Of a stretch of DNA of 64,000 nt, positions 1 through 12,508 are shown one piece after another; the first letter of the stretch is position 1; every line of letters begins with the position of its first letter. The stretch is taken from contig NC_091282.1 in NCBI RefSeq assembly GCF_032444005.1, forward strand, positions 489,676,001 to 489,740,000, given 5' to 3'. The DNA is from Ranitomeya imitator. Its lineage: Eukaryota. A program made the translations under genes and the position numbers. Below the pieces are notes generated by a model. The model saw only the letters and a program-made list of their open reading frames with translations, made no database searches and was not told the origin of the DNA.

Positions 1-447
1 CTAGATATAGGTACTGTACACTGTATATGAAGTAAATTGATACACTGATATACCGTTCATAACAAAAAGAAACGTAAGTGTACTGTAGCTAAAAAGAACT
101 AAAGAGTGTACCAAGCTTGTTATAAAGCGGCGGTGACACACACTGTGCGTCACATGTGACTGTCAAATAACCTAGCAGCGTATAGGAGGCATATGAGCAG
201 AAAATGACCATGAGACGTATTAAACAACCAACACTAGAACGGGACCATACTGCCCCATGAAAACAATCATGAGCATCCCTCTATGTGTGTCAATACAATC
301 CCGGTCCTATGGAGAGATAACCTTTGCTGTCAGACACATTTGTGCCTATCTCCATATGGCTCAAAATACAGGATGGATCTCACCCAGTGTTGGAGAGCCT
401 GATCCCAACTCTCAAACGGTGAGACTGCCTTCACTACACCATAGCGT

Positions 448-486
448 CTCCCGACGCGTTTCGTCCAGATGGACTCATCAGGGGAG
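448..486 (-). ncRNA. Minimal type I hammerhead ribozyme (left arm copy)
   Basis: Reverse complement reads CUCCC-CUGAUGA-GUCC(AUCU)GGAC-GAAA-CGCG-UC/GGGAG. Confidence 0.85.
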
Positions 487-1652
487 TATAGAGGCCTGTA
501 GCTGCTGCTTACCGGGCTCCCCGCTACTGTGCCATTAAAATACTCCAAGCATGTAAGCGCGCCGAGGAGACCCCGCCCCTGGCGTGTGACGCGCTACCCA
601 TGCTTCACCATACTTCCGGTATTTCGGAGCTACACGGAAACAAACAGCGCTGGGCGCCATGGAGACGGGACGCTAAACGCCCCTCTCCACGGATCACCCA
701 GCGCCATCCGAAATGCGATGCAAGCTGCTACGAACCGGAGTGAGTGTACTGTAAGATCCAACAAGGATCTTATGTATTATATGCAGGTAAACTGTGCTCC
801 ATGCCCAAATGGACGAATGGCCAGATAAAATTCACCGCATATAAAAGGATGGACTCGAAATTGTCATAACAGTCACATCCACCCTATGATACGGTCCGGT
901 ATTCTACAGGCTCCTTTTCATTTCAAACAGTATTCTAAAGGACCACAGAGGCCAGATACAATCTCTTATACCAGAGCCAATCCAAAAGAGACAAAGAAAA
1001 AAGTAATCAATGAATATATATATACAAGTTCAGTGTGCTCAAAACTAGGCGAAAATAGCCGAAAAAAATTACGAACAGACCAATTCGTTACTGAGAGATC
1101 GCCAGTGAGCACATATATGAGAGATGAGGTAATAAGGAAAGAGGAGAACCGAACCCCATCTATGAACAAATAAGGAAAATAATAAAGAGTGCGAGACACC
1201 ACCGAGAAATGGGCTAGAAAGAGATGAAGGAAGGCCCCCTATTACGCCCTTTCATGACACCCTATCTTTCTGTACCCTACCTACCGCGGAGGTTGGCACC
1301 CTAGAGAGACCCTGCGCATATGGCGCCCCCACTCAACCTAGGCTGACCCTACCTACCTGACCCTATTTGCCCTAGTTAGGATAGACAGGAGTGAAAAAAT
1401 ATAGCCATATGCACATAATGAGTATACAAATTATAACGTTTGATATATGGGACAAAAGGTAATGTGCCTAGATAGTTTTAATTGCACTTTTAAACCTGCC
1501 TATCGCGGGGGTTGGCACCCTAGAACCTGACGCCTTGGCGCCCCCACTCGTCGACGGCTCTCCCTTCCTAAATGTCCCTAAAGTCTCATGAAAGTCATGT
1601 ATGGGTATATTTAAGGGGGGGCAAATATGGTATTTGACAAAACTATGTAACT

Positions 1653-3938
1653 CTATAAGAAACAGCTATAAGGTTGCAATTCATTAAGTCCTAATGGTTG
1701 GACTGTTTTTAAATAGAAAATCCATCTGCTTTCTTTTTGCAGGATTAATTTATCCCAGTCTCCTCCCCTCGTGGGTGGCTGAATTTTGTCTATTCCCACA
1801 AACATGATCTTTTTGATGTCACCCTGATGAAAGGAATTCATGTGGGTTGCCACTGGGGTTTCTCTCCTGTTGGCAATATCTCGAAGGTGCTCTCCCACCC
1901 TTTTACGAAACTCTCTTTTGGTTTTGCCCACATACTCCAAGCCACACTCACACTTCGCTTTATAGATAACACCTTTAGTACGGCAATTAATGAAGTGCCT
2001 AATGGAGTATGTGGTGCCTGTTACATTACTCGAGAATTCCTTTGCGGTCTGGATTGAGGAGCAAGCCTTACAACTGCCACATCTGAAACAGCCTTTGGTA
2101 TGGCCTAAGTGTGGAGTCAAATTACTTTTCGGGTCATAATGGCTATGAACCAACCTGTCCCCCAAAGATCTCCCTTTACTGTAGGTAATTTGTGGGTACG
2201 GGGCCACATATCCACTGATGTCCCTATCCATTAGGAGAATTGGCCAATGTTTTTGAAAGATTTCCTTGATGTCACTCGTACCCATTTACCCACTTTAACC
2301 CATTACATCATTTCCTTGATGTACCTCGTGATGAAGCGAATGGTCGTATCATTGTCCGATTTTACTCTAGTTGTTAAGAGATCTTTCCTTTCTTTTGCAA
2401 TAGTATCATTGTAGGCCTTCCTTAACACTCCCTCAGGGTAACCCCTATTCAAAAATCTGCCTCGGAGATCCTTGGCCTGTTCTTGAAAAGATACCGGATC
2501 CGAGCAATTCCTCCGAATTCTCAAATATTGGCCTTTGGGGATCCCTCTCTTCAGTGGGACCGGGTGATTACTCTCCCACCGAAGGAGGGAATTGGTAGCT
2601 GTGTCTTTCCTATGTGTCTTAGTGGAAATCGCCCCATTCCTGCCCCTTTCAATACAGATGTCCAAGAAAGCCAATTTTGTTGGACTGGCCTCGTATGTAA
2701 AATGTAGGCCAATGCTGTTCTTATTTAAACCCCTTACAAATGTGCCAAAATGATCAAGGCACCCTCTCCAGATGACCAGCACATCGTCGATGTACCTTAA
2801 CCATAATATTATCCTCTCATCTGGACCAGAGGTGTGCTCTCCAAAAACCACTGTTTCCTCCCACCAGCCCAGGAGCAGATTTGCATACGAAGGTGCACAA
2901 GGGCTCCCCATCGCGGTGCCCCTGAGCTGGTGGAAGTACTTGTGGTCGAACAGGAACACATTCTTGGTGAGACAAAACTCCAGGGCCTATAATACAAACT
3001 TGTTGTGTCTATCGTACTGTGTGCCCCTTGTGCTAAGGTAATGGTCCACAGCCAACAGACCTTTGTCATGCGGTATTGAAGAGTATAACGCTTCCACATC
3101 TATACTGGCTAGTATCATATCATCTTCCAGATAGATACCATCTAATTTGCCCAAGAGATCGGTGGTGTCTCGCACATAAGAGTTCAAAGCATTCACAAAG
3201 GGTTTTAAAATTTTGTCCACATATATTCCCAGTCTCTCTGTGAGGCTGTTATTGCCTGAGACTATCGGTCTTCCTTTAAGGGGGGTTGTACCTTTATGTA
3301 TCTTGGGGAGACAATAAAAAGTGGGAATGACCGGATTTCTTGGTATAAGAAAATCCCTCTCCTCTTTCCCCACCACCCCATCAACAAAACCCCCCTCAAC
3401 CATGGCAATCAACTCCGATAGAAAGGGGCCTGTTGGATTCTGACCCAAAACCTTATATTCATCTTTCTTGTTCAACAGTGAAAGGCACATCTCCCGGTAA
3501 TCCTTGGTGTTCATGATTACCACACTGCCCCCTTTGTCAGAGGGCTTTATTGTGATACTGTGATCCTTTTCAAGTTTACACAGGCTCGCCATTTCACTCT
3601 TGGACAAGTTGAATTGTCTTTTTCCCTTATGATTTGGCAGATTCATAATCTCTTCAGTGACCAAGTTCAAAAAAATGTCAATGGATCCGAGATCACCCAT
3701 TGGCGGGGGCATCCTAGAGCTCTTATTCCTAAGATCTGTGAAAGGGCCAGTACCATCTTGGTTGGGAATGGGATCACTCAGATGAAACAGAAGTTGCACG
3801 TCTTGGAGCAGTTCATCCGAAATGCCCAATTCCGTACATTGTCGTCTGTCTTCTCTGAGAAAGAATTTTTTCCATTTCAGCCGTCTCACAAATAAATTAA
3901 GGTCTTTGATGACCTCAAAAGTGTCCATATCAGAAGTG
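1653..3938 (-). pseudogene. Penelope-like RT-GIY-YIG ORF, 5'-truncated, with one in-frame stop (about 2987) and one frameshift (about 2300)
   Basis: RT motifs KPSDKGG, PTFYCLPKIHK, RPIVS, SIDVEALYSSIPH, GTAMGSPCAPSYANL, WLRYIDDVL; linker CFRCGSCKAC; GIY-YIG GVIYKAKCECGLEYVGKT...RVGEH...GLN. Pieces 2987-3973 and 2303-2959 share a frame separated by a TAG; 1653-2285 is in another frame. Confidence 0.9.
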
Positions 3939-4310
3939 GTAACAGGCACCACATACTCCATTAGGCACTTCATTAATTGCCGTACTAAAGGTGTTATCTA
4001 TAAAGCGAAGTGTGAGTGTGGCTTGGAGTATGTGGGCAAAACCAAAAGAGAGTTTCGTAAAAGGGTGGGAGAGCACCTTCGAGATATTGCCAACAGGAGA
4101 GAAACCCCAGTGGCAACCCACATGAATTCCTTTCATCAGGGTGACATCAAAAAGATCATGTTTGTGGGAATAGACAAAATTCAGCCACCCGCGAGGGGAG
4201 GAGACTGGGATAAATTAATCCTGCAAAAAGAAAGCAGATGGATTTTCTATTTAAAAACAGTCCAACCATTAGGACTTAATGAATTGCAACCTTATAGCTG
4301 TTTCTTATAG
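3939..4310 (+). pseudogene. Duplicated GIY-YIG endonuclease segment in the inverted arm
   Basis: ORF 3822-4310 ends in the same GIY-YIG sequence as ORF 1653-2285 (one visible change, PPTRGG vs PPARGG). Confidence 0.85.
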
Positions 4311-5476
4311 AGTTACATAGTTTTGTCAAATACCATATTTGCGCCCCCTTAAACATACCCATACATGACTTTCATGAGACTTTGGGGACATTTAGGAAGG
4401 GAGAGCCGTCGACGAGTGGGGGCGCCAAGGCGTCAGGTTCTAGGGTGCCAACCCCCGCGATAGGCAGGTTTAAAAGTGCAATTAAAACTATCTAGGCACA
4501 TTACCTTTTGTCCCATATATCAAACGTTATAATTTGTATACTCATTATGTGCATATGGCTATATTTTTTCACTCCTGTCTATCCTAACTAGGGCAAATAG
4601 GGTCAGGTAGGTAGGGTCAGCCTACGTTGAGTGGGGGCGCCATATGCGCAGGGTCTCTCTAGGGTGCCAACCTCCGCGGTAGGTAGGGTACAGAACGATA
4701 GGGTGTCATGAAAGGGCGTAATAGGGGGCCTTCCTTCATCTCTTTCTAGCCCATTTCTCGGTGGTGTCTCGCACTCTTTATTATTTTCCTTATTTGTTCA
4801 TAGATGGGGTTCGGTTCTCCTCTTTCCTTATTACCTCATCTCTCATATATGTGCTCACTGGCGATCTCTCAGTAACGAATTGGTCTGTTCGTAATTTTTT
4901 TCGGCTATTTTCGCCTAGTTTTGAGCACACTGAACTTGTATATATATATTCATTGATTACTTTTTTCTTTGTCTCTTTTGGATTGGCTCTGGTATAAGAG
5001 ATTGTATCTGGCCTCTGTGGTCCTTTAGAATACTGTTTGAAATGAAAAGGAGCCTGTAGAATACCGGACCGTATCATAGGGTGGATGTGACTGTTATGAC
5101 AATTTCGAGTCCATCCTTTTATATGCGGTGAATTTTATCTGGCCATTCGTCCATTTGGGCATGGAGCACAGTTTACCTGCATATAATACATAAGATCCTT
5201 GTTGGATCTTACAGTACACTCACTCCGGTTCGTAGCAGCTTGCATCGCATTTCGGATGGCGCTGGGTGATCCGTGGAGAGGGGCGTTTAGCGTCCCATCT
5301 CCATGGCGCCCAGCGCTGTTTGTTTCCGTGTAGCTCCGAAATACCGGAAGTATGGTGAAGCATGGGTAGCGCGTCACACGCCAGGGGCGGGGTCTCCTCG
5401 GCGCGCTTACATGCTTGGAGTATTTTAATGGCACAGTAGCGGGGAGCCCGGTAAGCAGCAGCTACAGGCCTCTATA

Positions 5477-5515
5477 CTCCCCTGATGAGTCCATCTGGAC
5501 GAAACGCGTCGGGAG
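5477..5515 (+). ncRNA. Minimal type I hammerhead ribozyme (right arm copy), predicted cleavage after GUC at 5510
   Basis: Stem I ctccc/gggag, core ctgatga, stem II gtcc/ggac, gaaa, palindromic stem III acgcgt. Confidence 0.88.
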
Positions 5516-6329
5516 ACGCTATGGTGTAGTGAAGGCAGTCTCACCGTTTGAGAGTTGGGATCAGGCTCTCCAACACTGGGTGAGATCCATCCTGTATTTT
5601 GAGCCATATGGAGATAGGCACAAATGTGTCTGACAGCAAAGGTTATCTCTCCATAGGACCGGGATTGTATTGACACACATAGAGGGATGCTCATGATTGT
5701 TTTCATGGGGCAGTATGGTCCCGTTCTAGTGTTGGTTGTTTAATACGTCTCATGGTCATTTTCTGCTCATATGCCTCCTATACGCTGCTAGGTTATTTGA
5801 CAGTCACATGTGACGCACAGTGTGTGTCACCGCCGCTTTATAACAAGCTTGGTACACTCTTTAGTTCTTTTTAGCTACAGTACACTTACGTTTCGTTTTG
5901 TTATGAACGGTATATCAGTGTATCAATTTACTTCATATACAGTGTACAGTACCTATATCTAGCGGCATTATATTTATATGGAGCTTATTTATGGTATATT
6001 TAGGTAGTACTTTGGGTTATTCATGCTCTATGATCCAAGTCACATATATAGACCTTAGTTTATTGGCTACATTTTAGTACCATTGTTTATATTGAGGATT
6101 ACTAGTAGCCTTGATGGTTTGATTACCATATCTCCATATAGGGAAATGTGACTTTGTCATTATTTTTGTACATACTTGTTTTCCCCATTCTGTGTTGGCG
6201 AGGGTCACATTGACACGTGGTTTCTCTTCCCCATTGTTTTTGTTTTATTTTATTTGTAGATGTTATTATACAGACCTAATAAAGGTTACGTTTTATCCAA
6301 TTGCTATTATATATCTGTCTGTTGCCTTG

Positions 6330-7440
6330 TCTATCCTGCTGTGTTTCCTTGTGTTCACCCCTTCTGCCCTTTGCTCCACATCCTGCGACTCTGCTGTTTG
6401 CTCTGCAATCTTCGGCTCTGCCCTTTGCTTCGCAATCTGCGGCTCTACCCTTTGCTCTGTGTCCTGTGGCTTTGCCCCTTGCTCCCCATCCTGTGGCTCT
6501 GCTCTTTGCTCCACATTCTGCAGCTGTCCTTTGCTCCGCATCCTGATGCTCTGCTCTTTGCCCTGAGTTCTGTGGCTCTGCTTTTGGCTGCACACCTTGC
6601 AGCACTTCTCTGCTCCGCCTCCTGCGGTTCTGTTCTGTTCCACCTCCTGCGGTTCTGCTCTGATCCGCCTCCTGTGGTTCTGCTTTGCTCTGCTCCTGCT
6701 CCACGCCCTGTTTGTCCTTTTCCTTCTAGTCTGTTCCTCCAGTCTGTACTGGTTCCTACCTGCTGCCTTATCCTACTCATACCTGCCTGTGTTTCCGTGT
6801 TTTTTTCTGAATCAGTTCCTGTCCCTCTAGTCTGAACTGGTTCCATTCTGTTCTCTATTCGGTACTGCCTGTGTTCCTGCCCTACCCGTTACCATCCTGA
6901 TTCCTTCAGTGTGTTCCGTACCCGCCTGCCTGCCTAGAGTGCCAGCTGTGCCTGCCTGCCTAGAGTGCCAGCTGTACCCACCCGCCTGCCTAGAATGCCA
7001 GCCGTGCCCGCCTTCCTGCCAACAGTGCCAGCCACGTTCGCCTGCCTGCCTAGTGTGCCAGCCGTGCCCGCCTTCCTGACAACAGTGCCAGCCACGTCCG
7101 CCTGCCTGCCCAGAGTGCCAGCCGTGCCCACCTGCCTGCCAAGAGTGCCCGCCGTGCCTGCCAAGAGTGCCGGCCATGCCCGCCAGAGTACCAGTCTTGC
7201 TCATCCATACTTGCTCGCACCTGTTAATAGTGTTTAGTCCCTCAATGGGATCAGCTGCTACAGCCAGACAACGCCCTGGAGTGGTACCTGGCAGCTACCT
7301 GCCACACAAGCCTGACCTCACTGTCAGAGGCTCCAGTGAACACCAAGGTAGCTGCTTAGTCACGCCCCTTCCAGGGTAGTCTGGTTTGTGGCACAGTGGG
7401 GCCACAATCCCCTTGCTCGCACCACCCGGTCAGGGCGTGA
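6330..7440. repeat. Two pyrimidine-rich minisatellite arrays (about 30-bp units) ending in an LTR-like terminus (...gggcgtga)
   Basis: Repeated ctgtggctctgctctttgctcc-like units at about 6330-6700 and gtgccagccgtgcccgcctgcctgcc-like units at about 6920-7190. The low-complexity ORFs here are artefacts of the repeats. Confidence 0.55.
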
Positions 7441-7554
7441 GTGTAACATTAGCGCTGAGATTCCCACATTAAAGATTGTTGATCGCACATGTGCCAGTTC
7501 ATGCATGTAGTTGTCAAATTATTGCAATTTTTGCCACTACTAAGTTTTCTTGCA

Positions 7555-7731
7555 TTATATGCTATGATGGGGCTGCATTATACTATATGAGGGCCACATA
7601 ATATTTTATGATGGGGCCTGCATTATACTATATGCGGGGGGCTACATTACATTCTATGAGGGGGACTACATTATATTCTATGAATGGGCTGCATTATATT
7701 CTATGAGGGGCTATGATATTATATGGGGACT
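7555..7731. repeat. Minisatellite (attatattctatgaggggct-like), interrupted by a SINE and resuming at about 8003
   Basis: About six degenerate units; the same motif resumes right after the SINE tail. Confidence 0.6.
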
Positions 7732-7846
7732 GCAGCACGGTGGCGCAGTGGTTAGCACAGCAGCCTTGCAGCGCTGGGGTCCTGGGTTCTAATCCCACCC
7801 AGGACAACATCTGCAAAGAGTTTGTATGTTCTCTCCGTGTTTGCGT

Positions 7847-7877
<31 letters not shown>

Positions 7878-8003
7878 ACATTCCAAAAGACATACTGATA
7901 GGAATTCTAGATTGTGAGCCCAATCGGGGACAGTGATGATAATGTGTGCAAACTGTAAAGCGCTGCGGAATATGTTAGCGCTATATAAAAATAAAGATTA
8001 TTA
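7732..8003 (+). mobile_element. tRNA-derived SINE (V-SINE-like core) with an L2-type 3' tail
   Basis: A-box-like ggtggcgcagtggttagc and B-box-like gggttctaatccc; core gtttgtatgttctctccgtgtttgcgtgggtttcctccggg..ctccggtttcctcccaca; tail ctagattgtgagccc...tgtaaagcgctgcggaatatgttagcgctatataaaaataaagattatt. Confidence 0.85.
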
Positions 8004-9859
8004 TATTCTATGAGGGAGGCTACCCTACCCCTGGTTTATTTAATTGAGACGTGTACTACCTTATATTATACCCTGATATTAGTGTGTTTATCCGCACAAT
8101 TGGTGGTCTTGTATTTATTTCTATGTAGCTACATAGTGTACCCCAAGAATGATTTTCTCTGGTGGGCCCAAGGTGCTCCAGTCCGACGCAGGCTATCAGT
8201 CACCTGTCACTAAATGAACAATCACTATTTTCATAGATAGATGTAACAATGTTGTTCAGGCACACTAATGATTTTTAAGTGAAAATCTTGCCATCTGATT
8301 TGTCCCTGAAACTCATTTTTTTCACAAACGATTTATAGTAGCAAATGGTGCCTGCGGAGACTGCCACAGTTTTTAAACAATCTAGTTAGATGCTGGAAGT
8401 TCGATTTCACACAGGACAGGATCCTATCTAGCAAACTGACAAGTTCACTTGCAGCACTATCAGGAGCGACTTGTCTGCACTATGACACCGAGCAAATGAT
8501 GACGGCAACATGATGTCTGCTTTTTATATTTCCAAATGTGACATAGGCAACCAAGACTTTGGAATCAACACACAAAGTTAAAGGAAAGAAAAGCGCCCCA
8601 TTCCTCTAACCCTCCCCTCATCAAACACGTAATCCAGACCCACCCACCCGCCCAATCATCATACAGCACCACTATCCAAGCTAAATTAATAAAGCATTAG
8701 TGGAAACGTGATGATTTACCGAAGTTTTCCTTACAAGTTTGCTCATCTCTAGTGATTGCAACATCCTGGGCACTGGAACGGCAGTTTGCAATTTTCACTC
8801 AGCAACATCAAATGCTGCTTGTTTCTGGAAAACACCCATAGAGTCAAAATCATCACTACACCTGTAGAAAAATTCTCATAGAGTACAATTTCCAAAATTG
8901 GGTAACTTGAGGGGGGATTCTGCTCTTCTAGCACTTAGGTGCTCTGTATATTAAGTCTGCAAACTATTCTAGCAAAATCTGCTCTCAAGGAGGCAACTAG
9001 CGCTCCGTCCCTCCCGAGTCTCGCCATGTGGCTAAACACTACTGTACAACCACATATGGAGTATTTCTACATTCAGCAGAAATTGTCAGACATATTTTAA
9101 ATGTGATGATACACCATATGTGGTTAAAAACTTCTTTTTGGGCACATGGCAGTGCTAGGAAAGAAAGTCTTGAATAGATTGTGAATATCATGTCGCATTT
9201 GGAGAGCCCCTGACATGTGAACACAGCAGAAACCCCTCACAAATGATGCAATTTTGGAAACTAGACCCCCTCAAGGACATATGACATTTTATTGCTACTT
9301 CCAATAGGTGGCACTAGAGTTCTAGTCCTCTTCATCTCTAAAGAGACAATTTGCATAGTGGTACAACTGTAATTTTTGTATTTGCCAGGCACACAAGGGT
9401 GAAACTAGTCCCCATAATTTATTGTGCAATTTCTCCTGCGGTGCTGCTCCACATGTCATCAGAAATTACTGTAAGGCCGGCATCACACTTGCGAGTTTTA
9501 CGGACGTATGAGCGCTGAAAATACGTCCGTAAAACTTGCAAAACAAACGGCACAATTATTCTCTATGCCTCTGCTCCTATCTGCCGTATTTTACTGATCC
9601 GTATTATACGGCTTTCTACGGCCGTAGAAAATCGCAGCATGCTGCGTTTGTCACCGTATTGCGCAAAAAAAATGCCAATGAAAGTCTATGGAAGCCCCAA
9701 AAATACGGATTATACACGGATCAGCAGTGTGACTTGCGAGAAATACGCAGCGCTGTTAGAGAGAAAAGCCGGCAATTCTGTGCGGTGTACAGTAAAATCA
9801 CACTGACAGCTTACATTAGAATAGGTAGAATAAATGTGTACACATGGAATAGGTATATA

Positions 9860-11511
9860 CAGTTAGGGCCAGAAATATTTGGACAGTGACACAATTTTCG
9901 CGAGTTGGGCTCTGCATGCCACCACATTGGATTTGAAATGAAACCTCTACAACAGAATTCAAGTGCAGATTGTAACGTTTAATTTGAAGGGTTGAACAAA
10001 AATATCTGATAGAAAATGTAGGAATTGTACACATTTCTTTACAAACACTCCACATTTTAGGAGGTCAAAAGTAATTGGACAAATAAACATAACCCAAACA
10101 AAATATTTTTATTTTCAATATTTTGTTGCAAATCCTTTGGAGGCAATCACTGCCTTAAGTCTGGAACCCATGGACATCACCAAACGCTGGGTTTCCTCCT
10201 TCTTAATGCTTTGCCAGGCCTTTACAGCCGCAGCCTTCAGGTCTTGCTTGTTTGTGGGTCTTTCCGTCTTAAGTCTGGATTTGAGCAAGTGAAATGCATG
10301 CTCAATTGGGTTTAGAGCTGGAGATTGACTTGGCCATTGCAGAATGTTCCACTTTTTGGCACTCATGAACTCCTGGGTAGCTTTGGCTGTATGCTTGGGG
10401 TCATTGTCCATCTGTACTATGAAGCGCCGTCCAATCAACTTTGCAGCATTTGGCTGAATCTGGGCTGAAAGTATATCCCGGTACACTTCAGAATTCATCC
10501 GGCTACTCTTGTCTGCTCTTATGTCATCAATAAACACAAGTGACCCAGTGCCATTGAAAGCCATGCATGCCCATGCCATCACGTTGCCTCCACCATGTTT
10601 TACAGAGGATGTGGTGTGCCTTGGATCATGTGCCGTTCCCTTTCTTCTCCAAACTTTTTTCTTCCCATCATTCTGGTACAGGTTGATCTTTGTCTCATCT
10701 GTCCATAGAATACTTTTCCAGAACTGAGATGGCTTCTTGAGGTGTTTTTCTGCAAATTTAACTCTGGCCTGTCTATTTTTGGTATTGATGAATGGTTTGC
10801 ATCTAGATGTGAACCCTTTGTATTTACTGTCATGGAGTCTTCTCTTTACTGTTGACTTAGAGACAGATACACCTACTTCACTGAGAGTGTTCTGGACTTC
10901 AGTTGATGTTGTGAACGGGTTCTTCTTCACCAAATTAAGTATGCGGCGATCATCCACCACTGTTGTCATCCGTGGACGCCCAGGCCTTTTTGAGTTCCCA
11001 AGCTCACCAGTCAATTCCTTTTTTCTCAGAATGTACCCAACTGTTGATTTTGCTACTCCAAGCATGTCTGCTATCTCTCTGATGGATTTTTTCTTTTTTT
11101 TCAGCCTCAGGATGTTCTGCTTCACCTCAATTGAGAGTTCCTTTGACCGCATGTTGTCTGCTCACAGCAACAGCTTCCAAATGCAAAACCACACACCTGG
11201 AATCCACCCCTGACCTTTTAACTACTTCATTGATTACAGGTTAACGAGGGAGACGCCTTCAGAGTTAATTGCAGCCCTTAGAGTCCATTGTCCAATTACT
11301 TTTGGTCCCTTGAAAAAGAGGACGCTATGCATTACAGAGCTATGATTCCTAAACCCTTTCTCCGATTTGGATGTGGAAACTATCATATTGCAGCTGGGAG
11401 TGTGCACTTTCAGCCCATATTATATATATAATTGTATTTCTGAACATGTTTTTGTAAACAGCTAAAATAACAAAACTTGTGTCACTGTCCAAATATTTCT
11501 GGCCCTAACTG
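9860..11511 (-). mobile_element. Tc1-family transposon, full length (1652 bp), TA target duplication
   Basis: TIR cagttagggccagaaatatttggacagtgacacaa at both ends, flanked by TA. Confidence 0.95.
10115..11152 (-). CDS. Tc1 transposase, intact, 345 aa, DD34E
   Basis: N-terminal HTH (IREIADMLGVAKSTV), GRPR, WTDETK, MDNDPKH, then 34 residues to the E of SPALNPIE. Confidence 0.95.
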   Translation of the reverse strand: MRSKELSIEVKQNILRLKKKKKSIREIADMLGVAKSTVGYILRKKELTGELGNSKRPGRPRMTTVVDDRRILNLVKKNPFTTSTEVQNTLSEVGVSVSKSTVKRRLHDSKYKGFTSRCKPFINTKNRQARVKFAEKHLKKPSQFWKSILWTDETKINLYQNDGKKKVWRRKGTAHDPRHTTSSVKHGGGNVMAWACMAFNGTGSLVFIDDIRADKSSRMNSEVYRDILSAQIQPNAAKLIGRRFIVQMDNDPKHTAKATQEFMSAKKWNILQWPSQSPALNPIEHAFHLLKSRLKTERPTNKQDLKAAAVKAWQSIKKEETQRLVMSMGSRLKAVIASKGFATKY

Positions 11512-12423
11512 TATATATATATATATATGTCAGTAAGACACATATATGTATATATATTATTACTTCATACAGCGCTAGATAGCTTTAAAGCCGGTAATTC
11601 AATTGCCGGCTTTTGCTATCTCCTTCCTAAACCCGACATGATATGAGACATGGTTTACATACAGTAAACCATCTCATATCCCCATTTTTTTGCATATTCC
11701 ACACTACTAATGTTAGTAGTGTGTATATGCAAAATTTGGCCGTTCTATTTACTAAATTAAAGGGTTAAATGGCAGAAAAAATTGGCGTGGGCTCCCGCGC
11801 AATTTTCTCCGCCAGAGTAGTAAAGCCAGTGACTGAGGGCAGATATTAATAGCCTGGAGAGGGTTCACGGTTATTGCCCCCCCCCCCCCCCTGGCTAAGA
11901 ACACCTGCCCCCAGCCACCCCAGAAAAGGCACATATGGAACATGCGCCTATTCTGGCACTTGGCCACTCTCTTCCCATTCCCGTGTAGCGGTGGGATATG
12001 GGGTAATGAAGGGTTAATGCCACCTTGCTACTGTAAGGTGACATTAAGCCAAATTAATAATGGAGAGGCGTCAATTATGACACCTATCCATTATTAATCC
12101 AATACTTGTAAAGGGTTAAAAAAACACAAACACATTAGTTAAAAATATTTTAATGAAATAAAAACAAAGGTTGTTGTAATATTTTATTCAACGCCCAATC
12201 CAGTCACTGAAGACCCTCGATCAGTAACAAAAAAACATAATAAACCAACAATATCCTTACCTTCCAAAGATCTGTAATGTCCAACGATGTACATCCATCT
12301 GAAGGGGTTAAAATATTTTGCAGCCACGAGCTTTGCTAATGCAACGTTGTTCGTGGCTGCAAAACCCCGGAGAATGAAGGTAAAGTAGGTCAATGACCTA
12401 TATTTACCTTCATTTGTGGTGAG

Positions 12424-12508
12424 GCGCCCTCTGCTGGTTGTTCCTAGATCGTGGGAACTTTCCTAGAAAGCTCCCAGGCTCGAGTTCATAAGAGGCGCCC
12501 TCTGCTGG
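12424..12508 (-). promoter_or_regulatory. Two tandem CTCF-consensus motifs (CCAGCAGAGGGCGC) at 12424-12437 and 12495-12508
   Basis: Plus-strand gcgccctctgctgg occurs twice and matches the CCASYAGRKGGCRS consensus; binding is not shown. Confidence 0.5.

Larger units (their letters stand above)
1..6300 (-). mobile_element. Penelope-like retroelement (Neptune-type RT + Cys-rich linker + GIY-YIG) in fold-back configuration: arm 1-2024 is the inverted copy of arm 3939-5962
   Basis: Position p pairs with 5963-p over about 2 kb (1 ctagatataggtactgtacac vs 5942-5962 gtgtacagtacctatatctag), and the ORF track is mirrored. The central region encodes RT and GIY-YIG. An AT-rich 3' extension carries AATAAA near 6277. 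The left arm probably continues beyond the window start. Confidence 0.9.

Noticed and set aside
257-1202. Short ORFs mirrored at 4761-5706
   Set aside because: They are mirrored only because of the inverted arm; they lie in the non-coding 3' region of the Penelope element and have no recognisable motifs.
6192-7379. ORFs of 70-190 aa with repetitive Cys/Ser/Ala or Gly/His content
   Set aside because: Translations of minisatellites, open in several frames on both strands.
7732-7810. tRNA gene
   Set aside because: The A/B-box region runs directly into a SINE core and L2-type tail, so it is a SINE head.
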